Part shown: one piece after another, positions 63,199 to 64,000 of the stretch | Position numbering within the stretch: the first letter of the stretch is position 1 | Layout: every line of letters starts with the position of its first letter | DNA from: Candidatus Eiseniibacteriota bacterium | GTDB lineage: Bacteria > Eisenbacteria > RBG-16-71-46 > CAVPCR01 | Direction: 5' to 3' | Length of the DNA stretch: 64,000 nt | Assembly: GCA_963702435.1 (NCBI GenBank) | Contig: CAVPCR010000001.1 | Span: 384,001 to 448,000, forward strand | The notes under the pieces: model-generated | Seen by the model: the letters and a program-made list of their open reading frames with translations, nothing else | The model's database searches: none | What the model was told of the DNA's origin: nothing | Position numbers and translations under genes: made by a program

Positions 63199-64000
63199 CT
63201 ACTCGTTCGCGCTCACCTCGCGCACCACCTTGAGCGAGCGGAGACCGCGGTAGCGCGGCAGATGCATGCGCATGAACGCGTCGAGCGCGCGTGCCAGCTC
63301 ATCGCCGAGCGCGCGCTCGAGGGCGGGGCCCGCAGGGGCGGCGAACGCCGCGGGAACCGCGGGCGCGGCGGGGGGGCCGGCCGGCCCGGGCAGCGCCGCG
63401 GGCGCTCCGGCCGCGGCGAGCCGTGCGGCGGACGTCCCGGCCGCGGCGAGCGGTGCCGCGGGCGCTCCGGCCGCGGCGAGCCGTGCGGCGGACGTCCCGG
63501 CCGCGCCGAGCAACGCGGCGAGCGTCGCCCGCGCCGCCGCCGAGAAGGGCGTCGCTGCGGCATCGTTCGCGGCGCAGCGGGGGCACACGACCCCGCCGCG
63601 CGCCGCATTCCACGCCGCTCCCTCCCCCGCCTCGCCGCCGCAGGTGACGCAGCGCCCGAGCTCCGGCCGGTAGCCGAGCACGGCGAGGAGCTGCGCCACG
63701 TAGCCCATGAACGCGCCGCGCAGCGCATCCTCGGGAACCTGCTCGAGCGAGGTGAGTGCCGCCTGCACGAGCCCGTACAGCACCCCCGGCGGCTCCTCGC
63801 CGGCGAGCGCCTGGTCGAGGAGCTCGACCACCGCGCTCGCGTAGGCGAAGCGCAGGATCGAGCTGGCGAGAACCGCGTGTCGCGCGCGGATCTCCGCCTG
63901 GCTCAGGAACTGGAGATCGCGCTCGGGCTTGTAGTAGATGACCGCGCCGATCGTCGTGAACGGTTCGAGCGCGGCGCCGAAGCGGCTCCTCGGCCCGCGC
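63199..64000 (-). CDS. recO: DNA repair protein RecO (5' end outside the window)
   Basis: Manual extension: SRFGAALEPFT...KPERDLQFLSQAE; LGYRPELGRCVTCG...GGVVCPRC Zn finger; LRSLKV end; recO-glyQS synteny. Confidence 0.92.
   Translation of the reverse strand, partial: RGPRSRFGAALEPFTTIGAVIYYKPERDLQFLSQAEIRARHAVLASSILRFAYASAVVELLDQALAGEEPPGVLYGLVQAALTSLEQVPEDALRGAFMGYVAQLLAVLGYRPELGRCVTCGGEAGEGAAWNAARGGVVCPRCAANDAAATPFSAAARATLAALLGAAGTSAARLAAAGAPAAPLAAAGTSAARLAAAGAPAALPGPAGPPAAPAVPAAFAAPAGPALERALGDELARALDAFMRMHLPRYRGLRSLKVVREVSANE
63395..63505 (-). repeat. 60-nt-period in-frame duplication in recO (AAGTSAARLAAAGAPAA twice)
   Basis: Identical 51-nt blocks at 63395-63445 and 63455-63505. Confidence 0.9.

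Overview
Very GC-rich bacterial chromosomal segment. The lineage is probably FCB-group (Candidatus Eisenbacteria/Latescibacteria-like); this is inferred only from the PorX/PorY-like pair, a FlgD-Ig C-terminal domain, TWGRVK C-termini and gene style. Most genes are minus-strand housekeeping genes: recO-glyQ-glyS; a PyrR-attenuated pyr operon running straight into a nucleotide-sugar/surface-polysaccharide cluster; serS; porY/porX-like-tsaE-tsaB; rimI-accD-folC; ROK kinase-lptD-HU; and CBS/CGL transsulfuration genes. Plus-strand genes include a DUF481 barrel, a DUF222-like/HNH nuclease, sodB, a secreted metallopeptidase, a YfhO-like protein, a methyltransferase and rsgA. Signals not captured by the ORF track: (1) an in-frame UGA in a C-G-U motif followed by a SECIS-like hairpin, giving a secreted UshA-like selenoprotein; (2) a 23-nt motif tandemly repeated inside the HNH gene and again about 44 kb away in a structured intergenic element, plus a G-to-C skew flip across the HNH gene; (3) a leader peptide with alternative pairings upstream of rsgA; (4) lptD split by a G11 tract; (5) tandem D-S/T-L arrays matching the Bacteroidetes O-glycosylation sequon; (6) a recurrent TWGRVK C-terminal motif. 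I saw no rRNA, tRNA, CRISPR array or transposase. All calls are by eye; no database searches were run.
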